Of a stretch of 34,745 nucleotides of DNA, positions 26,775 to 34,745 are shown piece after piece. The DNA is taken from UHGV virus genome UHGV-0163337, one strand, 5' to 3'. Below the pieces are notes generated by a model. The model was not told where the DNA came from and searched no databases. It saw only the letters and a list, made by a program, of their open reading frames with translations. The position numbers and the translations under genes are program-made. The DNA is from a virus. Positions within the stretch are counted from its first letter, which is position 1, and the number at the start of each line of letters is the position of its first letter.

Positions 26775-27779
26775 ATGGATAGATTTGAAATAAAACTTAA
26801 TGAAATCAATGAAATTCTTTCAAAGAATCAATTGGGGCTTATCTATGATTTTATAAATGATAGAGATAATGGTCTCGTACTGCCGTTTTTTAGTAAATAC
26901 ATGGACTCTGTTCGAAAATTAGATCTGGATTTTTGCATTACAACCAACTCACATTTTCAATGCGGCATTATTTATGATGAAAAATTGATATTTATGTCTT
27001 ATGGCACATTTGATAGACTATGTAAGTTATCTGACTTGATTTTTCGGTCAGGGATGATAACAGGGAAAAGTACTAATTTAAACTTTTATGACTTGCATCT
27101 CGTTACTAATCCATTTGTTGGGTTTAACAATGAGACAAGAGAGGAAAGTGAGTCCGAATCACACTTATTTATGTTTATTCTTGATTGTCTAATGCTGTTT
27201 ATAGTTAGTCACGAAGTAGGCCATTTCATTAATAAACATGGCGACCGAGCAAAAAAGCAATCTATTGACACTATCTTTGATGATGTTTTAGGACATAAAA
27301 AAATCAATAGCGCAGAAATAATATCAAGCCACGCAAGAGAATTAGTTGCAGATGGTTTTGCTCTTAATATTGTAAAAAAACATGTACAGTCTGCATTTGA
27401 TCAGAAGGCATCTTATCTTAATAACTTGCTTGATTTTTATAGCAGCAAGGAAGGCGGAATTGCATTTTCATTGCTATTAATACTGTGCTACTTCAAACTT
27501 TCTGATGGCTTATCACCCCATGAACATTTTCAATCGACACATCCCTCAACGGCGGCACGAGTTCGATTTATTCTCAGTTGTCATATTGAATCATTAGTCA
27601 ATGAGGATGAAGAAAAAACTTTTGGATTTTACTATGGTTTAATCATAACTCAATTGAAATCAATATTTGCATCTATGGGAGATGACTTTGAGTTAACTTG
27701 GATAAAGGATACGAACTCACCTGAAATGACCGAGTGGTTTAATAATGTTTATAAAGAGCATCCAAAATGGTTAGCATAA
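26775..27779 (+). CDS. HExxH zinc-metallopeptidase-like protein (cargo), possibly Lit-like phage-exclusion protease
   Basis: 334 aa; AAGAGG SD 8 nt before ATG; HEVGH at residues 146-150 followed by ELVAD ~40 aa downstream; very low GC. Confidence 0.6.
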   Translation: MDRFEIKLNEINEILSKNQLGLIYDFINDRDNGLVLPFFSKYMDSVRKLDLDFCITTNSHFQCGIIYDEKLIFMSYGTFDRLCKLSDLIFRSGMITGKSTNLNFYDLHLVTNPFVGFNNETREESESESHLFMFILDCLMLFIVSHEVGHFINKHGDRAKKQSIDTIFDDVLGHKKINSAEIISSHARELVADGFALNIVKKHVQSAFDQKASYLNNLLDFYSSKEGGIAFSLLLILCYFKLSDGLSPHEHFQSTHPSTAARVRFILSCHIESLVNEDEEKTFGFYYGLIITQLKSIFASMGDDFELTWIKDTNSPEMTEWFNNVYKEHPKWLA

Positions 27780-28019
27780 TACCTCTTATATAATGCTGAT
27801 GGTATATTAATATTGAATTGATAATCCTGAATGTCGCTGACTTTAATAAAGCATTGAAATTAGAAAAAGTGAAGTTTTATAATGCTCTTTAATAATTCAT
27901 GTCACTCAACAGCGAAAAGCGTGAAGGTCTGCTCCTCGCTCAAAGCAGACTGTCAGAATTGATAGCGTTTGGGCTATGTAAATTGTCAGTCGGAAAATGA
28001 GTGAGTACAAATCAGGACA

Positions 28020-28046
28020 GGCGGGCGAATTGCCCGCCTTTTCTTT
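28020..28046 (+). terminator. intrinsic terminator closing the cargo island before FI
   Basis: GGCGGGC-gaatt-GCCCGCC stem-loop followed by TTTTCTTT. Confidence 0.8.
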
Positions 28047-28142
28047 ATCTGTTGTTTCATCCACTGACCAGCCAGGTCAAATAGCGTCTCATGCACTGCC
28101 CAACAGAAAATAGTTGCACCCATTAACCACGGAGTTAAACGG

Positions 28143-29333
28143 ATGAGTGACTATCATCATGGCGTGCAGGTGCTGGAGATTAACGACGGCACCCGCGTCA
28201 TTTCCACCGTATCCACTGCCGTTGTCGGCATGGTCTGTACGGCCAGCGATGCGGATGCGGAAACCTTCCCCCTCAATAAACCTGTGCTGATTACCAATGT
28301 GCAGAGCGCAATTGCAAAGGCCGGTAAAAAAGGCACGCTGGCGGCATCGTTGCAGGCCATCGCCGACCAGTCAAAACCGGTCACCGTTGTCGTGCGTGTG
28401 GAAGACGGCACCGGCGACGACGAGGAAACGAAACTCGCGCAGACCGTTTCCAATATCATCGGCACCACCGACGAAAATGGTCAGTACACCGGACTGAAAG
28501 CCCTGCTGGCGGCAGAGTCGGTAACCGGCGTTAAACCGCGTATTCTCGGTGTGCCGGGACTGGACACCAAAGAGGTGGCTGTTGCACTGGCATCAGTCTG
28601 TCAGAAGCTGCGCGCTTTCGGGTATATCAGCGCATGGGGCTGTAAAACCATTTCCGAGGTGAAAGCCTACCGCCAGAATTTCAGCCAGCGTGAGCTGATG
28701 GTCATCTGGCCGGATTTCCTCGCATGGGATACGGTCGCCAGTACCACCGCCACCGCGTATGCCACTGCCCGTGCGCTGGGTCTGCGCGCTAAAATCGACC
28801 AGGAGCAGGGCTGGCATAAAACGCTGTCCAACGTCGGGGTGAACGGTGTTACCGGCATCAGCGCGTCCGTATTCTGGGATTTGCAGGAGTCCGGCACCGA
28901 TGCTGACCTGCTTAACGAGTCAGGCGTCACAACGCTGATTCGCCGTGACGGTTTCCGCTTCTGGGGTAACCGTACCTGCTCTGATGACCCGCTGTTCCTC
29001 TTTGAAAACTACACCCGCACCGCGCAGGTGCTGGCCGACACGATGGCTGAGGCGCACATGTGGGCGGTGGACAAGCCCATCACCGCAACGCTGATTCGCG
29101 ACATCGTTGACGGCATCAATGCCAAATTCCGTGAGCTGAAAACAAACGGCTATATCGTGGATGCGACCTGCGGGTTCAGCGAAGAATCCAACGATGCGGA
29201 AACCCTCAAGGCCGGAAAACTGTATATCGACTACGACTATACACCGGTGCCTCCTCTTGAAAACCTGACCCTGCGCCAGCGTATTACCGATAAATACCTG
29301 GCAAATCTGGTCACTTCGGTTAACAGCGATTAA
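28143..29333 (+). CDS. FI: tail sheath protein FI
   Basis: 396 aa, same as P2 gpFI; MSDYHHGVQVLEIN... Confidence 0.93.
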   Translation: MSDYHHGVQVLEINDGTRVISTVSTAVVGMVCTASDADAETFPLNKPVLITNVQSAIAKAGKKGTLAASLQAIADQSKPVTVVVRVEDGTGDDEETKLAQTVSNIIGTTDENGQYTGLKALLAAESVTGVKPRILGVPGLDTKEVAVALASVCQKLRAFGYISAWGCKTISEVKAYRQNFSQRELMVIWPDFLAWDTVASTTATAYATARALGLRAKIDQEQGWHKTLSNVGVNGVTGISASVFWDLQESGTDADLLNESGVTTLIRRDGFRFWGNRTCSDDPLFLFENYTRTAQVLADTMAEAHMWAVDKPITATLIRDIVDGINAKFRELKTNGYIVDATCGFSEESNDAETLKAGKLYIDYDYTPVPPLENLTLRQRITDKYLANLVTSVNSD

Positions 29334-29345
29334 GGAGCCTGAGCG

Positions 29346-29864
29346 ATGGCAATGCCGCGCAAACTCAAGTTAATGAACGTCTTTCTGAACGGCTACAGCT
29401 ATCAGGGCGTTGCAAAGTCCGTCACGCTGCCAAAACTGACCCGTAAGCTCGAAAACTATCGCGGTGCGGGGATGAACGGCAGCGCACCGGTAGACCTCGG
29501 CCTTGATGACGATGCGCTGTCAATGGAGTGGTCGCTCGGGGGCTTCCCGGATTCGGTTATCTGGGAGCTTTACGCCGCAACCGGTGTGGATGCCGTGCCG
29601 ATTCGTTTTGCAGGCTCTTACCAGCGCGACGATACCGGCGAAACGGTGGCCGTCGAGGTGGTCATGCGTGGACGTCAGAAAGAAATCGACACCGGCGAGG
29701 GGAAACAGGGAGAAGACACTGAGTCGAAAATCTCCGTGGTCTGCACCTATTTCCGGCTGACGTTGGACGGTAAGGAGCTGGTCGAAATCGACACCATCAA
29801 CATGATTGAGAAGGTGAACGGCGTCGACCGGCTGGAGCAACACCGCCGCAATATCGGCCTGTGA
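29346..29864 (+). CDS. FII: tail tube protein FII
   Basis: 172 aa, same as P2 gpFII. Confidence 0.92.
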   Translation: MAMPRKLKLMNVFLNGYSYQGVAKSVTLPKLTRKLENYRGAGMNGSAPVDLGLDDDALSMEWSLGGFPDSVIWELYAATGVDAVPIRFAGSYQRDDTGETVAVEVVMRGRQKEIDTGEGKQGEDTESKISVVCTYFRLTLDGKELVEIDTINMIEKVNGVDRLEQHRRNIGL

Positions 29865-29920
29865 TTTTCATCCGGTCAGCCAGGCTGACCGGTTAACCCT
29901 GATTCAGAAGTGAGAAAACC

Positions 29921-30196
29921 ATGAACAAAGAAAATGTGATTACCCTGGACAATCCGGTCAAGCGTGGTGAGCAGGTCATCGAACAGGTCACGCTGATGAA
30001 ACCCAATGCCGGGACGCTGCGCGGTGTCAGTCTGGCTGCGGTCGCGAACTCCGAAGTCGATGCACTGATTAAGGTGCTGCCGCGCATGACTGCACCGATG
30101 CTGACCGAGCAGGAAGTCGCCGCACTGGAACTGCCTGACCTTGTGGCGCTGGCCGGTAAGGTGGTCAGTTTTTTGTCGCCGAACTCGGTGCAGTAA
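29921..30196 (+). CDS. E: tail assembly chaperone E
   Basis: 91 aa, same as P2 gpE; contains slippery heptamer near 3' end. Confidence 0.88.
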   Translation: MNKENVITLDNPVKRGEQVIEQVTLMKPNAGTLRGVSLAAVANSEVDALIKVLPRMTAPMLTEQEVAALELPDLVALAGKVVSFLSPNSVQ

Positions 30197-30348
30197 CGTT
30201 TCCGAAAAATCTCTCGGTCGATGACCTGATGGCGGATGTGGCAGTGATATTTCACTGGCCGCCATCAGAACTGTATCCCATGAGCCTGACCGAACTCATC
30301 ACATGGCGCGAAAAGGCGCTCCGGCGAAGCGGAAACACGAATGAGTAA
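29921..30348 (+). CDS. E': tail assembly chaperone E+E' (programmed -1 frameshift product)
   Basis: T-TTT-TTG slippery heptamer at 30169-30175 in X_XXY_YYZ register; -1 frame stays open to TAA 30346-30348, giving ~142 aa as in P2. Confidence 0.7.
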
Positions 30349-32788
30349 CAATGTAAAATTACAGGTATTGCTCAGGGCTGTTGACCAGGCATCCCGCCCG
30401 TTTAAATCCATCCGCACAGCGAGTAAGTCGCTGTCGGGGGATATCCGGGAAACACAAAAATCACTGCGCGAGCTGAACGGTCACGCATCCCGTATTGAGG
30501 GATTCCGCAAGACCAGTGCACAGCTCGCCGTGACTGGTCATGCACTTGAAAAGGCACGGCAGGAAGCCGAAGCCCTTGCCACACAGTTTAAAAACACCGA
30601 ACGTCCGACCCGTGCTCAGGCGAAAGTGCTGGAATCCGCAAAGCGTGCGGTGGAGGACTTACAGGCGAAATATAACCGCCTGACAGATTCCGTTAAACGC
30701 CAGCAGCGGGAACTGGCCGCTGTGGGAATTAATACCCGCAATCTTGCACATGATGAGCAGGGACTGAAAAACCGTATCAGTGAAACCACCGCACAGCTTA
30801 ACCGACAGCGCGACGCGCTGGCGCGTGTCAGTGCACAACAGGCAAAACTTAACGCAGTAAAACAGCGTTATCAGGCCGGAAAGGAACTGGCCGGAAATAT
30901 GGCCTCAGTGGGTGCTGCCGGTGTGGGGATTGCGGCGGCGGGAACGATGGCCGGAGTTAAGCTGCTGATGCCCGGTTATGAGTTTGCGCAGAAAAACTCA
31001 GAATTGCAGGCCGTGCTCGGAGTGGCAAAAGACTCCGCCGAAATGACCGCACTACGCAAACAGGCGCGCCAGCTCGGCGACAATACCGCCGCCTCGGCGG
31101 ATGATGCAGCCGGTGCACAGATTATCATTGCGAAAGCCGGTGGGGATGTTGATGCCATTCAGGCGGCAACGCCGGTCACGCTGAATATGGCACAGGCGAA
31201 CCGCCGCACGATGGAAGAAAACGCCGCCCTGCTGATGGGGATGAAATCCGCCTTTCAGCTTTCAAACGATAAGGTCGCTCATATCGGGGATGTTCTCTCC
31301 ATGACGATGAACAAAACCGCCGCTGATTTTGACGGCATGAGCGATGCGCTGACCTATGCCGCACCTGTGGCAAAAAATGCCGGTGTCAGCATTGAAGAAA
31401 CCGCCGCAATGGTCGGGGCGCTGCATGATGCAAAAATCACAGGTTCAATGGCGGGGACGGGAAGCCGTGCCGTGTTAAGCCGCCTGCAGGCACCGACGGG
31501 AAAAGCATGGGATGCACTCAAAGAGCTTGGCGTGAAAACCTCAGACAGCAAGGGGAATACCCGACCAGTATTTACCATTCTGAAAGAAATGCAGGCCAGT
31601 TTTGAGAAAAACCGGCTCGGTACTGCCCAGCAGGCTGAATACATGAAAACTATTTTCGGGGAGGAGGCCAGCTCAGCCGCCGCCGTGCTGATGACAGCCG
31701 CCTCAACCGGAAAGCTGGACAAACTGACCGCTGCGTTTAAAGCCTCAGACGGGAAGACCGCCGAGCTGGTAAATATCATGCAGGACAACCTCGGCGGTGA
31801 CTTTAAGGAGTTTCAGTCCGCTTATGAGGCGGTGGGGACTGACCTGTTTGACCAGCAGGAAGGCGCACTGCGTAAGCTCACACAGACGGCCACAAAGTAT
31901 GTGTTAAAACTCGACGGCTGGATCCAGAAAAACAAATCACTGGCGTCAACCATCGGCCTCATTGTCGGTGGCGCACTGGCGCTTACTGGCATCATCGGTG
32001 CAATTGGTCTTGTAGCCTGGCCGGTTATCACCGGCATTAATGCCATCATCGCGGCAGCAGGCGCAATGGGGGCAATCTTCACGACGGTTGGCAGTGCTGT
32101 TATGACCGCCATCGGGGCGATTAGCTGGCCGGTTGTGGCTGTGGTGGCCGCTATTGTCGCCGGGGCGTTGCTTATCCGTAAATACTGGGAGCCTGTCAGC
32201 GCATTCTTTGGCGGTGTGGTGGAAGGGCTGAAAGCGGCATTTGCGCCGGTGGGGGAACTGTTCACACCACTTAAGCCGGTGTTTGACTGGCTGGGCGAAA
32301 AGTTACAGGCCTCGTGGCAGTGGTTTAAAAACCTGATTGCCCCGGTTAAAGCCACACAGGACACCCTGAACCGTTGCCGTGACACGGGCGTCATGTTCGG
32401 GCAGGCACTGGCTGACGCGTTGATGCTGCCGCTTAATGCGTTCAACAAACTGCGCAATGGTATTGACTGGGTACTGGAAAAACTCGGTGTTATCAACAAA
32501 GAGTCAGACACACTTGACCAGACCGCCGCAAGGACTAATGCCGCCACGTATGGCACCGGTGGTTATATTCCGGCGACCAGCTCTTATGCAGGCTATCAGG
32601 CTTATCAGCCGGTCACGGCACCGGCTGGCCGCTCTTATGTGGACCAGAGTAAAAACGAATATCACATCAGCCTGACGGGCGGTACTGCGCCGGAGACACA
32701 GCTTGACCGCCAGTTACAGGATGCGCTCGAAAAATACGAGCGGGATAAACGTGCGCGCGCCCGTGCCAGCATGATGCATGACGGTTAA
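30341..32788 (+). CDS. T: tail tape measure protein T
   Basis: 815 aa, same as P2 gpT; coiled-coil N-terminal region and Gly/Ala-rich hydrophobic middle. Confidence 0.93.
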   Translation: MSNNVKLQVLLRAVDQASRPFKSIRTASKSLSGDIRETQKSLRELNGHASRIEGFRKTSAQLAVTGHALEKARQEAEALATQFKNTERPTRAQAKVLESAKRAVEDLQAKYNRLTDSVKRQQRELAAVGINTRNLAHDEQGLKNRISETTAQLNRQRDALARVSAQQAKLNAVKQRYQAGKELAGNMASVGAAGVGIAAAGTMAGVKLLMPGYEFAQKNSELQAVLGVAKDSAEMTALRKQARQLGDNTAASADDAAGAQIIIAKAGGDVDAIQAATPVTLNMAQANRRTMEENAALLMGMKSAFQLSNDKVAHIGDVLSMTMNKTAADFDGMSDALTYAAPVAKNAGVSIEETAAMVGALHDAKITGSMAGTGSRAVLSRLQAPTGKAWDALKELGVKTSDSKGNTRPVFTILKEMQASFEKNRLGTAQQAEYMKTIFGEEASSAAAVLMTAASTGKLDKLTAAFKASDGKTAELVNIMQDNLGGDFKEFQSAYEAVGTDLFDQQEGALRKLTQTATKYVLKLDGWIQKNKSLASTIGLIVGGALALTGIIGAIGLVAWPVITGINAIIAAAGAMGAIFTTVGSAVMTAIGAISWPVVAVVAAIVAGALLIRKYWEPVSAFFGGVVEGLKAAFAPVGELFTPLKPVFDWLGEKLQASWQWFKNLIAPVKATQDTLNRCRDTGVMFGQALADALMLPLNAFNKLRNGIDWVLEKLGVINKESDTLDQTAARTNAATYGTGGYIPATSSYAGYQAYQPVTAPAGRSYVDQSKNEYHISLTGGTAPETQLDRQLQDALEKYERDKRARARASMMHDG

Positions 32789-32802
32789 GGAGGTGACGAA
32801 AA

Positions 32803-33282
32803 ATGATGCTCGCGTTAGGTATGTTTGTTTTTATGCGCCAGACGCTGCCACACCAGACCATGCAGCGTGAATCAGATTATCGCTGGCCGTCAAATTCCCG
32901 TATCGGTAAACGGGATGCCTTTCAGTTTCTCGGTGTTGGCGAGGAAAACATCACGCTTGCCGGTGTGCTTTATCCCGAGCTGACCGGCGGAAAGCTGACG
33001 ATGACTACGCTCAGGCTGATGGCAGAGGAAGGTCGGGCGTGGCCGTTGCTGGATGGCACCGGCATGATTTACGGCATGTATGTCATCAGCAGGGTGAGTG
33101 AAACAGGGAGTATTTTCTTTGCAGACGGCACACCCCGAAAAATTGATTTTACGCTGTCGCTCACCCGCGTTGATGAATCACTGGCCGCGCTTTATGGCGA
33201 TATCGGTAAACAGGCGGAATCGCTCATCGGTAAGGCTGGCAGTATGGCGACTAAATTCACGGGTATGACGGGGGCGGGATAA
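32803..33282 (+). CDS. U: tail protein U
   Basis: 159 aa, same as P2 gpU. Confidence 0.9.
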   Translation: MMLALGMFVFMRQTLPHQTMQRESDYRWPSNSRIGKRDAFQFLGVGEENITLAGVLYPELTGGKLTMTTLRLMAEEGRAWPLLDGTGMIYGMYVISRVSETGSIFFADGTPRKIDFTLSLTRVDESLAALYGDIGKQAESLIGKAGSMATKFTGMTGAG

Positions 33283-34445
33283 TGCTGGATGCGCTGACAT
33301 TTGATGCAGGCAGTACGCTGACGCCGGATTACATGCTGATGCTCGACAGCAGGGATATTACCGGCAATATCAGCGACCGTCTGATGAGCATGACCCTGAC
33401 GGATAACCGGGGCTTTGAGGCTGACCAGCTTGATATTGAACTGAACGATGCCGACGGGCAGGTCGGGCTGCCGGTTCGTGGCGCTGTCCTGACGGTGTAT
33501 ATCGGCTGGAAAGGTTTTGCCCTGGTATGCAAAGGGAAATTTACCGTTGATGAGGTTGAACACCGGGGCGCGCCGGATGTGGTTACCATCCGCGCCCGGA
33601 GTGCAGATTTTCGCGGGACGCTCAATTCCCGCCGGGAAGGCTCATGGCATGACACCACGCTCGGTGCGATTGTTGAGGCGATAGCCTCCCGTAACAGGCT
33701 GGAAGCCAGTGTCGCTCCGTCACTGGCCGGAATTAAAATCCCGCACATCGACCAGTCGCAGGAGTCTGATGCAAAATTCCTGACCCGCCTTGCTGAACGC
33801 AACGGCGGTGAGGTGTCGGTAAAAATGGGAAAATTGTTGTTTCTCAAAGCGGGGCAGGGGGTGACGGCCAGCGGTAAAAAAATCCCGCAGATTACCATCA
33901 CCCGCAGCGACGGCGACCGTCATCATTTTGCGATTGCTGACCGTGGAGCCTACACCGGCGTAACGGCAAAGTGGTTACACACCAAAGACCCGAAGCCGCA
34001 AAAGCAGAAGGTAAAACTGAAACGCAAAAAGAAAGAGAAACACCTGCGCGCACTGGAGCACCCGAAAGCGAAACCGGTCACGCAGAAGAAAGCGCCAAAA
34101 GTACCGGAAGCGCGCGAAGGTGAATACATGGCCGGTGAGGCTGACAACGTTTTTGCCCTGACTACGGTATATGCCACGAAAGCGCAGGCCATGCGCGCCG
34201 CTCAGGCGAAGTGGGACAAACTGCAACGGGGCGTTGCGGAGTTCTCCATCAGCCTTGCCACTGGTCGGGCAGATATTTACACGGAAACACCGGTCAGAGT
34301 GTCTGGCTTTAAGCGCGTCATAGACGAGCAGGACTGGACAATCACTAAGGTGACACATTTTCTGAATAATAGCGGCTTCACGACGTCCTTGGAGCTTGAG
34401 GTCAGGCTTTCTGATGTGGAGTATGAAACAGAAGATGATGAGTGA
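33282..34445 (+). CDS. D: tail protein D (late control D family)
   Basis: 387 aa, same as P2 gpD; ATGA overlap with U. Confidence 0.92.
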   Translation: MLDALTFDAGSTLTPDYMLMLDSRDITGNISDRLMSMTLTDNRGFEADQLDIELNDADGQVGLPVRGAVLTVYIGWKGFALVCKGKFTVDEVEHRGAPDVVTIRARSADFRGTLNSRREGSWHDTTLGAIVEAIASRNRLEASVAPSLAGIKIPHIDQSQESDAKFLTRLAERNGGEVSVKMGKLLFLKAGQGVTASGKKIPQITITRSDGDRHHFAIADRGAYTGVTAKWLHTKDPKPQKQKVKLKRKKKEKHLRALEHPKAKPVTQKKAPKVPEAREGEYMAGEADNVFALTTVYATKAQAMRAAQAKWDKLQRGVAEFSISLATGRADIYTETPVRVSGFKRVIDEQDWTITKVTHFLNNSGFTTSLELEVRLSDVEYETEDDE

Positions 34446-34526
34446 TGTCTTTATTTTATCTGTTTGTTTTATAAGGATAAATTAACTAAAATGGCACCAT
34501 CAACAAAACCGGAAGAGGTGCTCGCG

Positions 34527-34745
34527 ATGTTTCATTGTCCTTTATGCCAGCATGCCGCACATGCGCGTACAAGTCGCTATATCACTGACACGACAAAAGA
34601 GCGTTATCACCAGTGCCAGAACGTGAATTGCAGCGCCACGTTCATCACCTATGAGTCGGTACAGAGATACATCGTGAAGCCGGGAGAAGTCCACGCCGTA
34701 AGGCCGCACCCGTTGCCGTCAGGGCAGCAAATTATGTGGATGTAA
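34527..34745 (+). CDS. ogr: Ogr zinc-finger late-gene transcriptional activator
   Basis: 72 aa from ATG 34527 (GAAGAGG SD); MFHCPLCQHAAHARTSRYITDTT...CQNVNCSATF with CxxC...CxxxxC zinc finger; ORF track starts at an upstream ATG. Confidence 0.9.
   Translation: MFHCPLCQHAAHARTSRYITDTTKERYHQCQNVNCSATFITYESVQRYIVKPGEVHAVRPHPLPSGQQIMWM

Larger units (their letters stand above)
478..34745. mobile_element. P2-like prophage (left junction to ogr; right end beyond window)
   Basis: Complete P2 gene order in prophage permutation (att-int-C-cox-B-A-cos-Q-P-O-N-M-L-X-Y-K-lysABC-R-S-V-W-J-I-H-G-FI-FII-E-T-U-D-ogr); protein lengths match P2 homologs. Confidence 0.93.

Noticed and set aside
28047-28142. 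Ogr-dependent late promoter (TGT-N12-ACA dyad) upstream of FI, and similar elements upstream of V and O
   Set aside because: Looked for the P2 late-promoter dyad but found only near-matches with off spacing (11 or 14 nt); a promoter is expected here but cannot be placed confidently.
31354-32556. Long antisense ORFs inside tape-measure gene T (31354-31788 -, 31822-32556 -)
   Set aside because: Antisense to a conserved 815-aa gene; low-complexity Ala/Ser/Pro composition typical of the reverse frame of a GC-rich coding region.
33329-34358. Antisense ORFs inside D (33329-33901 -, 33975-34358 -)
   Set aside because: Embedded antisense in gene D with no independent start signals; spurious.
1-34745. 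CRISPR arrays, tRNA/rRNA genes, IS elements
   Set aside because: No regularly spaced direct repeats, no cloverleaf-like tRNA candidate at the att site, and no transposase-like ORF or terminal inverted repeats found by eye.

Overview
This window is almost entirely one integrated P2-like (Peduovirus-type) prophage, read from its left junction to the late-gene activator ogr; the right junction lies beyond the window. Order: an AT-rich host-side lipoprotein gene (1-318); a 27-bp P2-type att core (478-504); int, C repressor, cox, B, four small early ORFs and replication initiator A (584-6432); a ~3.2-kb variable region containing the internal cos site (7327-7345) with accessory cargo on both sides; then the P2 head, lysis and tail genes Q, P, O, N, M, L, X, Y, K, lysA/B/C, R, S, V, W, J, I, H, G, FI, FII, E/E', T, U, D and ogr, with sizes matching P2 closely. 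Three visibly AT-rich cargo loci interrupt this backbone: (1) around cos, a small SD-led peptide ORF with a candidate trans-encoded sRNA on the A side, and a retron-type reverse transcriptase plus 2-TM protein operon between cos and the portal gene; (2) a reverse-strand membrane protein between S and V; (3) two genes between G and FI, one carrying an HExxH metallopeptidase motif. The RT/2-TM operon and the G-FI island are the best candidates for anti-phage (abortive-infection type) systems. All calls come from reading translations, synteny and local sequence; no database search or structure prediction was run, and P2 protein sizes and the att and cos sequences are quoted from memory.
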